Assembly (NCBI GenBank): GCA_951406725.2
Contig: OX597814.1
Span: forward strand, 85,312,001-85,376,000
Length of the DNA: 64,000 bases
From: Octopus vulgaris
Taxonomy: Eukaryota
Direction: 5' to 3'
The position numbers and the translations under genes were made by a program. Position 1 is the first letter of the stretch, and each line of letters begins with the position of its first letter. Below are positions 23,877 to 35,408 of the stretch, in pieces. The notes below the pieces were generated by a model. The model did not search any database and had not been told where the DNA came from. It worked only from the letters and a program-made list of their open reading frames with translations.

Positions 23877-24005
23877 TTATTTTTTGGTGACAAGCTTTAC
23901 ATTAATTTTAAGCAAAATGTTGATCCGGAATGCATCCATCAAAGATTGCTGGGCTTCTGCTATCAAAGCTTTGATCTTGTGTCCCTTTTTGCCAATAATC
24001 ATGTG
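23877..24005 (-). CDS. ERAL1: GTPase Era, mitochondrial, last coding exon (end of the KH domain)
   Basis: Acceptor ctaacag|. Encodes HMIIGKKGHKIKALIAEAQQSLMDAFRINILLKINVKLVTKK*, with the KH IIGxxG motif. Phase 0. Confidence 0.93.
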   Translation of the reverse strand, partial: HMIIGKKGHKIKALIAEAQQSLMDAFRINILLKINVKLVTKK

Positions 24006-24211
24006 CTGTTAGATAAAAGAAAAGAATATTAAATAGCCATGAGTCAATGGATAGATCATTATTAATGTGCTAGAAATAGCTGTCATATCTCTCTCAGCTC
24101 ACGTAATGACCACATATATACACCACTGTTTTAATAAAGCAAAGGGCACATGAGATGATATAGTCACAAATATCCTCTCCCCACCAACAAAAGATTGGGT
24201 TGTCATAATTA

Positions 24212-24410
24212 TGAAGGGTGCTGAAAAGTTCCTGGCTTTAAGGGTGTCGCGAAAGGCCTGGTTGGAGGCTCAACCTTCAGAGTCCACTGCAATAAGTGTG
24301 TGAATCTGAGAGGGAAATATGTTGAATAAAATCATAATTAAAAAAAAAATCATAATTAACTGACCCTCCTGTATTTTACCTAAAGCCAGGAGCTTTTCAG
24401 TACCCCTTTG
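24212..24410. mobile_element. mariner-derived MITE
   Basis: TIRs gaagggtgctgaaaagttcctggcttta / taaagccaggagcttttcagtacccc with TA flanks. Second copy at 62950-63129. Confidence 0.8.
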
Positions 24411-24504
24411 TATAATGCCTTTGGTTATAAGTCTGTTTGATAGGGTCTGACCTGTGGCTGAACCAAGAGCTGTGAGGAAAGAAAAGCTGTTGAACAAATT
24501 ATGT

Positions 24505-24732
24505 TTAATCCTTTAGTATTAAGATTAACTGTCAAACATAATACTTATTTAATCACATTTAAAAAAAAAATTAAGCATACATTTTCTCACAGATTTAAGA
24601 TTTCACTGATATGATTGTTTATTTTACATTGACATTGTAGGGTGGGTGTGAAAGGCAGTATCTGAGCAGTTTGAACATAAAATGAGGAGAAAATTTTGGC
24701 TGGACATGACCAGTTTAAATGCTAAAGAGTTA
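24505..24732 (+). mobile_element. piggyBac-type MITE copy
   Basis: ttaatcctttagtatt...aatgctaaagagttaa, homologous to 31379-31583. Confidence 0.7.
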
Positions 24733-24792
24733 ATAAAACTGGGATGATTTCAAACTTATGAAACATGTCCAACATGAGGGTGAAGAAAGAAG

Positions 24793-24858
24793 AATTATAC
24801 AGATCTAAACTCTATTTATTACCACAATTATACAGATCTAAACTCTATTTATTACCAC
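24793..24858. repeat. Perfect 33-bp tandem duplication
   Basis: aattatacagatctaaactctatttattaccac occurs twice in tandem. Confidence 0.9.
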
Positions 24859-24869
24859 AAGTCCTAGTC

Positions 24870-25145
24870 CAGTGGTTCTGAACTGGTGTCCATATGTCCC
24901 TTGGGGGTCCATATGATCCCTGGGGGTTCGTATAAGATTTAAAAAAAAAATTAACCTGTAATAAACTGGTTATACTGTTACAATGCACAAAATATTTTAA
25001 CGATTCTTTTTATTCAATTCCTAATTAATATTTAATTATAAAAATATACTAGGATTTTTTAAAACATTTAATGGTTATGAGAGTCTAGTAGAGTAAAAAA
25101 GGAACTAAGGGGGTCCACAGGCAAAGAAATGGTTGAGAACCGTTG
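24870..25145. mobile_element. hAT (Charlie-like) MITE
   Basis: Ends cagtggttctgaact / ggttgagaaccgttg. Degenerate 8-bp TSD tcctagtc/gcccagtc. Confidence 0.7.
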
Positions 25146-25156
25146 GCCCAGTCCTT

Positions 25157-25590
25157 CTTGCAGTGTGGTGGCTCGTATGTAAGTTATATCAGTGGAGTGC
25201 AAGCTCCTAGTATAGCCTCCCAGGCTGGACAGGTCAAAGGATAGAGGCCAGACTAATATGGACCACCTCTTCCTAGAAGTAAAAATGGGTTTGCATAGGG
25301 CCAACACCCCTATCTAAAAAAAGAGCAAAGTAACAGAAGCATCATGGACAATTTGAAACCAACAAAACCTGAGAGAGGAAGGCCTTCTCTCAGGAGAGCA
25401 TATGAACCCACAAGGGAGACAGAAAAGAAGATGCCCTAAAAATAGCTGGAAGTGGGGTACTGAGACAGAGTTGAAAAAAACAGTAATCCAACTGGAGAGA
25501 AGCAAATGAGACAATCTAGAGTTGAGAACAGTGAGAAAAAGTCATTGATGGCCAATGCTTCATAGGGAGTGAAGGGGTTTAAGTAAGTAA
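25157..25590 (+). mobile_element. Internally deleted RTE-like retroelement
   Basis: RTE-like leader motif ggacaggtcaaaggatagaggccagac and 3' end gagtgaaggggtttaagtaagtaa. Confidence 0.55.
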
Positions 25591-25782
25591 AGTCTGTTTA
25601 ATCTTCACATTAATAAAAGGGGTGGAGGTGATAAAATAATTTCATTAATCATGGTATTTGTCTGTTGTATTTAGGAATGGTCATTTTGTCAGTTTAGCCA
25701 ATAAAAACATACGCACTATATAATTGGTGTTACTTTGCTTCAGTGTTATTTATTTTTTACATTAATCTTAATCTTATTTCAG

Positions 25783-25822
25783 CCAGAGTTCTTTCGTCAC
25801 ACTCCTGTGACCGCATCAGTGG
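25783..25822 (-). ncRNA. Minimal type I hammerhead ribozyme-like motif (Penelope-like remnant)
   Basis: Minus-strand RNA: CCA CUGAUGCG GUCACA ggag UGUGAC GAAAG aa CUC UGG. Stems I, II and III are present; core position A9 is C. Confidence 0.55.
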
Positions 25823-27577
25823 TCCTTTGCTTTCTTCTTTCTTATTTGTGTATCTCTACTTACTAACCATCAGCCATTTTGTATTTCTATTGTATGTGTC
25901 TTCATTTGCTCATGCATATATCTCTATGTGCGTCTATGTTTAGTTAGTGTGTATGTGTGTGTGGGGGGAATGCCTGTAATATTTGTATTTCCTGTTTATA
26001 TACGTTCGTGTAATTTGTTTTTGTTTATTCTTATTTTGTTCATGTGTTTACACCCACTTATTATTATAATTATTATCATTATTATTATTATGTATGTATG
26101 CATGTATAACAATAATAATAGTAATAATAATGATAATAAAAATAAAAATTTAAAAAAATATATTTGTCTGATTCAGAATCAACAGGCTACATAACAACAA
26201 CAACCAAAAAGTTATTAGGGGAGCCTCATTATGGTTGTTTGACATAACAGGCAAATCCCCCTGAAACCATACTAAAAATAAGGATTACTTTAAATCAAAG
26301 ATCTCAGTGGAATAGAGCAGACTTGTAGTTAAGCAATAACATTGATAGCCGTACATGAGGAACAGGTCATTCAGTAAGCATGGACACCACTTGACAGTCA
26401 TATATGCAATAAAATAATATTTCTTTTATTGATCACAAAGGCTGCATTATGGTTTCATATTTTGGCTCAAGGCTGGCAATTTTAAGGAAAGAATTAAGTC
26501 AGTTACATCAACCCCAGTACTCAACTGGTACTTGTTTTATCAACTCTGAAAGGATGAAAGTGAAAGTTGACTTTGGAGACATTTGAACTTAGAAAGTAAA
26601 GAGCTGGAAGAAATGCTGTTAAGCATTTATTAATGATTTTGCCAGTTCATTGCCTTAATATTTGCAATAAAATGATACAAGATTTTTTAATTAGCCAAGG
26701 GAAAGATACCAGGATAAGAATCAGAATCAATCTCAAAAACTAATGCAACAAAATTTCAGTCTACATTAAAATTGTACATTCTGAGTGTAATATCTGGAGA
26801 TCCACTTTTCAAACTGCCATCAGAGAATGAGTCTCAACTCAAATTTCTATAAGTTACTAAAGAACAGATGGTAGTGATTTATAAGAAACTCATATTTCTA
26901 AGTGCTGAAAACAATGCCTTTAAAATTTTGGATTTACTTGTCGCCATAAAATACAGATACACCAAAAGACAGCACATCACATAACACTTGTGATTTGGTG
27001 AATAGTTTACTCAAAGATTTTACTAGGATAGTAAACTATGACAAAACCATATACAGAGGACCCTCTACATGATCAACCAAACTGCAAGAATTACTATCCA
27101 AATCTTTCTCAAATCATAACCACACCATTTTAATAAGAGGAAAGACATATTGTATAATAATGTACTTCTAGATGTGGGAAGGTCACAGCTGAGATAGTTT
27201 AAACTGCTGGATCAGGACTGAGATGGGGCTTACACAGCAGCAGTTGCTGAGATTGGGTGGAGACCAAGATTCATAGATAAAATTTGCTAGGTTATTGTTG
27301 AAATTATCATAATACTTATGCAACCTTTCTACCTCTCCATGAAATCAGCTTTGATTCAAATAAACCTAAACTTGTGTTAGTAATTAATCAAACCACTTGT
27401 TCTGCCTTATCCTTGAATCTTTAGCAATCATACAAGGGATTGGCCATGGTATCTCAGTTTGAAATAGTGAACCATCAGTTCACTCTCACACATATACAAA
27501 AACTGCGTATTCTAACATACACACATCACCATGTCAGTCAAATGTTCTAATATATATATATATGTATATATATAAAC

Positions 27578-27797
27578 ATGGCACGCTGTGCAGGTGGCAC
27601 TTCTGTGCAGGTGGCACGTAAAAAGCACCCACTACACTCACGGAGTGGTTGGTGTTAGGAAGGGCATCCAGCTGTAGAAACATTGCCAGATAAGACTGGA
27701 GCCTGGTGCAGCCTTCTGGCTTCCCAGATCCCCGGTCGAACCGTCCAACCCATGCTAGCATGGAGAACGGACGTTAAACGATGATGATGATGATGAT
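27578..27797 (+). mobile_element. RTE 3' tail copy
   Basis: Matches 12115-12281 with an (ATG)n tail. Confidence 0.85.
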
Positions 27798-29742
27798 ATA
27801 CACCACTTAGCATTGTTTGGTGCATTTATTTCACTATGAAAATAGGTACACAGCTAAAAGGGGCCAATGACACACTGACTGAATTGACCAATAGGAACAC
27901 AGATTAAATTGACCAAAAAGAATACATGTTAAGTTGTCCAATAGGAACATAGATCAAATTAACTAAAAAGATTAAATTGACAATTGAATAAGCAGGCTAC
28001 ATATGTGGTATGCACACAAACAACTGTGTATGTAACATAAAATAAAGCAATTTCAAATTTTTAAACAAAATAATTATCTGTAAACGGAAGTAGACCTATT
28101 TTAAATATGGAAGTATATAGTGCAATGATTGAAACTTATGGTGTAGTGCTCAGTGTCCTAATATAAGAAGGGGAGAGAGGTTAGTTCTAAAACTTGTAGA
28201 GCAACAGATACCAGAATCAGAAGATTTAACAGATTAGAGGTCAACTTTGTAGACATCATCTCTTGCTTTTGTGATGATTGGAACATGAAGTATTAATACT
28301 GAAGCTGTCAAGGAAATTACCTGATGATAATGTTGATGATAAGGTGATAATAGTGGTCATGGTAGTAGGGATGAGATGATGATGATAATGATGATGGTGG
28401 TGGTGATACAACGATGACATAAGAGAGGTGGTAGTGATATTGACAATCTTCAATCTGAAGTCATGCATCACCATCATAAGATTAAAGTATATTTGAAATG
28501 TTTTCATTGATAATGGGTAAATAAGAAGGAACAAATGAATTAATGTAGATCCATGCATACATAGTGGAAATCTTACATGTAACTGAGTATGACCACTTTC
28601 TAAATTCAGTGAGTCTATGCACGCATTCCAAGAGTCCAAAAGTTCCTGTGCATGAATTTGTCTTGAGTGGGTAAAGTGTCACCTAGCATTGAACCCACTT
28701 TACACTGCAATCAGCTATAAAACTAGTGGCACAGCAGAAATTGAGACAGCCAGAAACTGACAACACTTCAGGCTTTTTTATTTATATGAGTTTACCTTCC
28801 CCTAGCATTAAGTCTTTCACTCTAAATGGTTCACATGCTAGTTAACCTATAGTAGGGACCCTAGCAACTCCTACTACCCAGTAAGAGAGTAGATATGGGA
28901 ACAATAATGGCTAAGAAGTGGTTTCACCCTCCTCAAAGCCCTGTAACTCCCATACCAGGGCCCTACTAGCAGATGCACTTTAAAAGCATACCCAGGGCAA
29001 CACACACACAACCATACATATACAAACATAAACTTGATGTTGCCTACCTTATCTATTTAAAATGGCACAAACCATTGGTTATTTAGGCATTTTTATATAC
29101 TACACCAGTATCAGTTTGAAATTAATTTTTACAAAAAAATTTCTCCCACTCTTAAGAATTTATCCCGCCCTCCCTCCCAACCTTTTGTCTCTATTCTACT
29201 TTCTCTCCTTCTTGTATCTTGTCCCTACCGTCTCTATGTCTCTTTCCAGCTACTCCCACCCTTATATAATTGCAAAGTAGCTGTGTATCTCCTCCACTAC
29301 AGCAAGACACCTGTTCCTGTCCCTTGATCTTACTTTAGATTCTCAAACACTAAGCACAAAGCCACCTCCCCCTGTAAAGTGGTGAGTGTAAGGGAAGGAA
29401 TCCAGGCTTAGAAACAATGGCAAAACACACATTGAAATTTGATGCAGTTCTTCAACTTGTTGGATCTAAGCAATGCTAAAAGAGAAGACAGGTGTTATAT
29501 GATGATGATGATGATGATGATGATGAAGATGAGGATGATGATGATATCACTGATCAGTTTTTTAGAACAACCTGAAGCAATATTCAAAATTTTAAAACCA
29601 AATAACTATTCATGAATGTAGAAAAAAAAGAGAAGGTAGAAATATTTTAAATATGAAAGTTTAGTGCAACGATTGAGAAACTTTCAGATGTAAATTACAT
29701 CTGTCACCAATCTTCATATTGGAAATAAAGGAAGTCACTTAC

Positions 29743-29823
29743 TACATGCTTTTTCTTAATACAAATAATATTGAAAAAGATATTGAGTGTCTCTTTATCA
29801 TCCAGCTCCCACAACTCAATCAT
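29743..29823 (-). CDS. ERAL1: ERAL1 internal exon (KH domain)
   Basis: cttcag| ... |gtaagt; 81 nt, phase 0/0. Encodes MIELWELDDKETLNIFFNIICIKKKHV. Confidence 0.9.
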
Positions 29824-30396
29824 CTGAAGAGAAAGGAGAGGGTATTTTAGTTTTGGGTTCACAATATAAAAACAGCTCAATGGGGTTAGCATATCTGACA
29901 AGGATACTGAGCAAACTATACACTTGCATGCATGCGCACATACACACACACACACACACAATATATATATATATACATATGTATGAATTGCTATATTTAT
30001 ACTGGCTGAGATCTCTTACTTGTAATGCCTTCTTTATATTCTGGTATTAAAAATGTTTACATCACACAAGGCCTAACAACATTTAAAAGAAGGTGTTAAA
30101 ATCATGTCAGTGCTAGGATTGTGTGTAACAAACGAATCCAAAAACCCTATTTTTTGTCATTGTTAATAGCAATAATTATTATCATTACTATATATATATA
30201 TATTTCACATACTTCGTTATTATGTCATATAATGTGTAAGGTATTGTGTGCAAATATATAGCATATCAGTTATTGTGGATTGATATGGCATAGTATATTT
30301 GTATATGACACAGTGTAAATAAGATACCTTTGCTGAAATATCATAGAGTATATATGATACTAACATGTCATATAATATGTAAGATACTGTGTGTGG

Positions 30397-30429
<33 letters not shown>

Positions 30430-30430
<1 letters not shown>

Positions 30431-30753
30431 TGACTGGCCTCCATGCCGGTGGCACGTAAAAGCACCATCCATTCATGGCTATTGCCAGCCTCGCCTGGCC
30501 CCCGTGCCGGTGGCACGTAAAAAGCGTGTCTGTGGCCGTTTGCCAGCTCCGTCTGGCACCTGTGCGGGTGACACGTAAAAAGCACCCACTACACTCACGG
30601 AGTGGTTGGCGTTAGGAAGGGCATCCAGCCGTAGAAACACTGCCAGATCAGACTGGGCCTGATGCAGCCTTCTGGCTTCACAGACCCCGGTTGAACCGTC
30701 CAACCCATGCTAGCATGGAAAGCGGACGCTAAATGATGATGATGATGATGATG
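30430..30753 (+). mobile_element. RTE 3' tail with three array units
   Basis: Same units and tail as 11670-12281. Confidence 0.88.
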
Positions 30754-31091
30754 ACACCCACACACACACATAAAACATACATGTTAAAAACTGAGCCAAC
30801 AAAAAAGTCTCTACATTGTTGCTCAACTTGCTAGAGGTAATAGCTAAATCTCCCTTATATTACACCACATACCATACTTAGAAGAAGGTAGGGGCACATT
30901 AGATACTGTTTTACATAGATAATTATTGAGATAAAAATAAAAAGGAGTAGTCATTGCTGGAATGTCTTTGGTTACAGGTCTGTTGTATCAGGTCTGAGCT
31001 GGTATAAACATCAACATTTACAAAGTTTGAAATGTCAAGTAAATTCTGTAAAAGAAAATGAAGAATAATAAATTTTATGAAAGCCACTCAC

Positions 31092-31241
31092 AATTTTGAC
31101 ATTGTATGGTACCTCCTCTGGCAAAATATCCAGAAGCTTCTCCCAGACTAAGTTCTTAGCCAAGAAAACAGGGTCTTGGTTTGTGATGAAACTACTGTGG
31201 AACTCCCAGTCTCCAGGTTGAGTATTGGACAGAAGATAATT
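31092..31241 (-). CDS. ERAL1: ERAL1 internal exon
   Basis: tctag| ... |gtgagt; 150 nt. Encodes NYLLSNTQPGDWEFHSSFITNQDPVFLAKNLVWEKLLDILPEEVPYNVKI, with the Era EK(L)L..LPxEVPY motif. Confidence 0.95.
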
Positions 31242-31378
31242 CTAGACATGAAATAAAAAGAAAAAAAATAAAATAAAAGAAAAATAAAAGTAGACACTAG
31301 TTCACTGAAAACTAAAGAGTTTTTAAATCGTTATTGGAAAGAGCCTCTGGTTCTTTGATACAAAAACAACTACTTTAA

Positions 31379-31583
31379 CCCTTTAGCTTTCAGGTTACTC
31401 TGTCAAATGTAATGCTTATTTATTCATATTGTTTTGAATTATTATCCCATAGCTTTAAAATTGTGATGATGTGAATGTTCATTTTTAGAAATAACATTGT
31501 AGTGAGAGGTCAAATCTAACTGATTTGAACACAAAACAGGTAGAATATTTGGGTCGAATATGGCCACTTTAAATGCTAAAGGG
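31379..31583 (+). mobile_element. piggyBac-type MITE
   Basis: TTAA|CCCTTTAGC...GCTAAAGGG|TTAA. Copies near 28, 24505, 48392, 49925 and 50723. Confidence 0.85.
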
Positions 31584-31603
31584 TTAAAGAGTTCTTGTTT
31601 AAA

Positions 31604-31708
31604 TTAACATTTAGCACACTGTAGGTGCATCATGTCACCATATGAGCTTTCTTCCCTGTAGTATCAGGGAAAACAATTCTAGAGAAAATGCTGTGTGCTA
31701 AAGGTTAA
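31604..31708. mobile_element. Small TTAA-flanked MITE-like element
   Basis: ttaacatttagcacac / gtgtgctaaaggttaa inverted ends. Confidence 0.5.
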
Positions 31709-32292
31709 AACCTGGCATCATTATGTTATTTATGAAACTGTGCTTATGCCATACTTCAGACATCTAGTTTGGTATACTAACTAATATATGAGACAATGGG
31801 GAAGTCCCTATGCAGTTGTTTGAATTGCTAGAAATAGCAACCAAATCACACCCTATTTTATGGATTGTACTTTATGGACTGAATTCCATGTCCTCTGTTA
31901 GCAGACAGGAAAATAATCTATACCCATACAGCCAGTCTATTTCCATTTGCAATAAAGGAAATTTTCAAACTTTTTGTGTATTTTGGAAGGTCATAAAATA
32001 CAGGCATTCTTTTCTCTGGATTCAATGTTATTTATAACATTATTTTCCTCCATTTCCAAACTATTTTCTCAAGTTCTTTTTTGCAATTCTTTTCTGTAAT
32101 TTTCCTTCTTTCATTCTCTTTGTTCCTGTTTAAACCAGTTATGAACAAACTTAATATCTTTTTTTTATTAAGAAACACAGGATAGTCTGGCTGAATTTTT
32201 GAATTTCAATGTATTTCTAATTTTGATCATTCTTGTCTCATTTTGAGCTTGAGGATGACTGTTGAATTATCGTTCAGTTTAATAAACAAAGT

Positions 32293-32326
32293 CAGGTTGT
32301 GCTTTATTACATATCATGTTCTTGTT

Positions 32327-32364
<38 letters not shown>

Positions 32365-32762
32365 CGTAGAAACAACAACAACAACAATAATAATAATCCT
32401 TTCTATTATAGGCACAAAGCCTGAAATTTTTGAGGAGGGGACTAGTTGATTACATCAACACCAGTGTTTCATTGGTACTTTGCTTTTCATCCTTTCAGGA
32501 TCGATAAACTAAGTCAAATTTGAACTCGGAACATAAAGATGGACGATATGCTGCTAAGCATTTTGCCAGCTTGCCATCCTAATGATGCTAATAACAATAA
32601 TAATAATAATGCAAAGGAAATTACAACCAATGGATAAATGTTGTTCATGAGTTTGGATAAATTCATATTTCAGGTCTTGTGCCTATAATAGAAAGGATTA
32701 TTATTGTTGCTGCTACTGCTACTACTACTACAAGAATATGATATGTAATGAAGCACAACCTG
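32293..32762. repeat. Inverted duplication (32293-32427 versus 32667-32762)
   Basis: caggttgtgctttattacatatcatgttcttg...ggcacaaagcctgaaat is mirrored on the opposite strand. Confidence 0.85.
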
Positions 32763-32820
32763 CATGCTTGCATGCATGCATGCATACATGCATGCATACA
32801 TACATACATGCATGCATGCA

Positions 32821-32856
<36 letters not shown>

Positions 32857-34362
32857 TACATACATACAAATTGAGATAGGGGTTGTAAATGCAACCCTCC
32901 ATGGGATAACATATATCCAATATACTGCTAGTGAGGTACCCAACAAAGTTAATACATAAATGTTAAGAATTGCGATACAATTAATTCATTTATTGATATT
33001 TGATTTCGATGTATTTCTCCATTTTCTTATTTTGTGTGTGTATATATATATATATATGTATACAGGCATGCATGTATGAGTATGTGTTTACATGTGACTG
33101 CTGTTTGTGTGTGTGTAAGTGATTGAAATATGTAAGAAAGTGTGAATTAGCAATGGAGACTGTATGCATGGCTCATAAGTGCATACATATGAACATGGAC
33201 ATAGAGGTATGTGCATACATACACATACAACTCTATAGCTTCTTCCCATATTAAGCAGTGGTTTCATAAATTAGGTAGAAGATGACACGAAGTGTGACAA
33301 TTGGATACGGAAGACGAACACTTTGGAATCTCAGCTGGCATCTTGCTGCAGAGCCACTCCTTTGGGACAAGATTTTATCAAATAATCATGGACGACAGCC
33401 AAGATAGGTAGCAGCAGAAATTAATTTTAAATTAGAAGTGTCTTTGATATTGAGATAAGAGAAACCAAAGATATATGAAGAATTCATTATCGAGTCCAAA
33501 CGAGGTTTTAGAAACAACCAGTAATGTGAAATGTTTGAGTGGAGGCCTCAGGAGAGAGCAGAAAAGAGAGAGAGATGGAGTGAATGCTACCCACCCACCC
33601 AGTTTCTCTGTCACTGCAAGTGTGATAAATTCAAGGTAAGAAAGTTAAATCTGTAAGAAATGGAACGTTTGGGAAACAAAAATGTGCTAAAATGTACATT
33701 GGAATAAACTTCAATATCAGTGTTTTTATCTACTAATTATGTGATCGTGATCAATATAAAGTTATTTGGAGAGAGAGAAAGAGATACAGAGTATAAAGTT
33801 ATCTGCTGACACACAAACAGATCTTAGTTATTTGTCTATATATTTTCATACACCCAGATATACAATATATCTTATACATAATGATAAAGTTACCTGCTTA
33901 CTTAAACAGATATACACACAGACAGACACATACTTTGTTGTTATATCACATAATATGTAAGGTATTGTGTGCAGATACATAGCATATCAGTTATTGTGGA
34001 TTGATATGGCATAGTATATTAGTATATGATACTATGTAAATACGATACCTGTGTTGAAATATCATACAGTATATAACATGTTACATAGTATGTAAGATAC
34101 TGTGTGCTGGTATAGAATATTATATATAAGGTAATATATGTTGATATATCACAACATATGGAAGGTACTGCATGCTGATATGACATAGAGTAAGGTACTG
34201 AGAACTGATATGACATACTGTACATAAAATTTTGTGTATTGATATAACAGACCCCCCCCCCCCAGTCACTGCTACCTCTGCATATCACTCACTCACTCAC
34301 TCTCTCTTTCTTACACACAAACAAACAAACAACAGATCCAACTAACTGAAGAAAAGTTTTAC

Positions 34363-34773
34363 CTTTAGGTCTGAAACGCCATCATTATTTAGTGCTGAGA
34401 TCATAAAAACATTTTTGAATTTAGGCCAGCCTTTTTTGTCTTTCACTTTTGACCTAATATTTTGCATTCTCTTATGATAGTCCTGCCATGATTCAGCTTG
34501 AACATTATCTTCTATGTCTACAGAACTTTTTACTGGAAACTCACTCACTAAATCACTATCAAGAGAGGTCTGAGTTTCAGTTTGAGTGTGATAGTGGTCA
34601 GGAATATTTGACTTCTTCAGTTTCAGGCCATGTTTCTGGAAGATTTCTTTCAGTATCTTTTCATTAACTTTCACATTCTTTCGAATGAAATCAGCTTTTT
34701 TATTATCAACTCTTCCTTCTGTTAGAATTCTAGTAATTTCCAACAGATGATTCTTCTTATCCACTTTGTCAAT
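34363..34773 (-). CDS. ERAL1: ERAL1 internal exon (G4 to G5 region)
   Basis: ttcag| ... |gtaaaa; 411 nt, phase 0/0. Encodes IDKVDKKNHLLEITRILTEG...GWPKFKNVFMISALNNDGVSDLK, completing NK|ID (G4) and carrying the ISA (G5) motif. Confidence 0.95.
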
Positions 34774-35213
34774 CTGAAATATTTCAAAGAATTTAGAATA
34801 TAGTAATAAGCCACAAACATTGAGAGAAGAAACAGTTGATGAACTTGTACCACCTCCACCCCAGTATCTGATTGGGACAAAGCTAAATACTACGAGGCAG
34901 TTTTTCCATAGCTCTACAGATTCTGCTCCTACACTGAAGATGGTGTATGAGTGTTCAGCTTTTGCCGAGCAACCTGCACAAATGATTTGTTTATAGTGAT
35001 CAAATGTATGTGTTGTACATTAGCTCACTCTCTCTCTCCATCAAATTGATGTTGCCTGAACAGGTGCATATCAGGTGTCAAAGTGATTGCAGAGCAATGT
35101 AAGATGAAGTGCTTTGCTCAAGAACACAATGCACCACCCAGACTAGGAACTAAAATCACAATATTCTGATTGTGAGTGCCACACTCTAACCACTATGCCA
35201 TGCATCCTCACTA

Positions 35214-35291
<78 letters not shown>

Positions 35292-35292
<1 letters not shown>

Positions 35293-35408
35293 TGCCCTGA
35301 TGCAGTATAATTGCCCTGATGCAGTACCATTGCCCTGATGCAGTACCATTGCCCTGATGCAGTACCATTGCCCTGATGCAGTACCATAATTGCCCTGATG
35401 CAGTACCA
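35292..35408. repeat. Six copies of the 19-mer ttgccctgatgcagtacca
   Basis: Units start at 35292, 35311, 35330, 35349, 35368 and 35390. Confidence 0.95.

Noticed and set aside
35215-35291. (ATT)n/(AAT)n palindromic junction as a structural element
   Set aside because: Explained by microsatellite tails of adjacent repeats meeting in opposite orientation.
35292-35408. 19-bp repeats as a CRISPR array
   Set aside because: The units abut with no unique spacers, there are no cas genes, and the context is eukaryotic.
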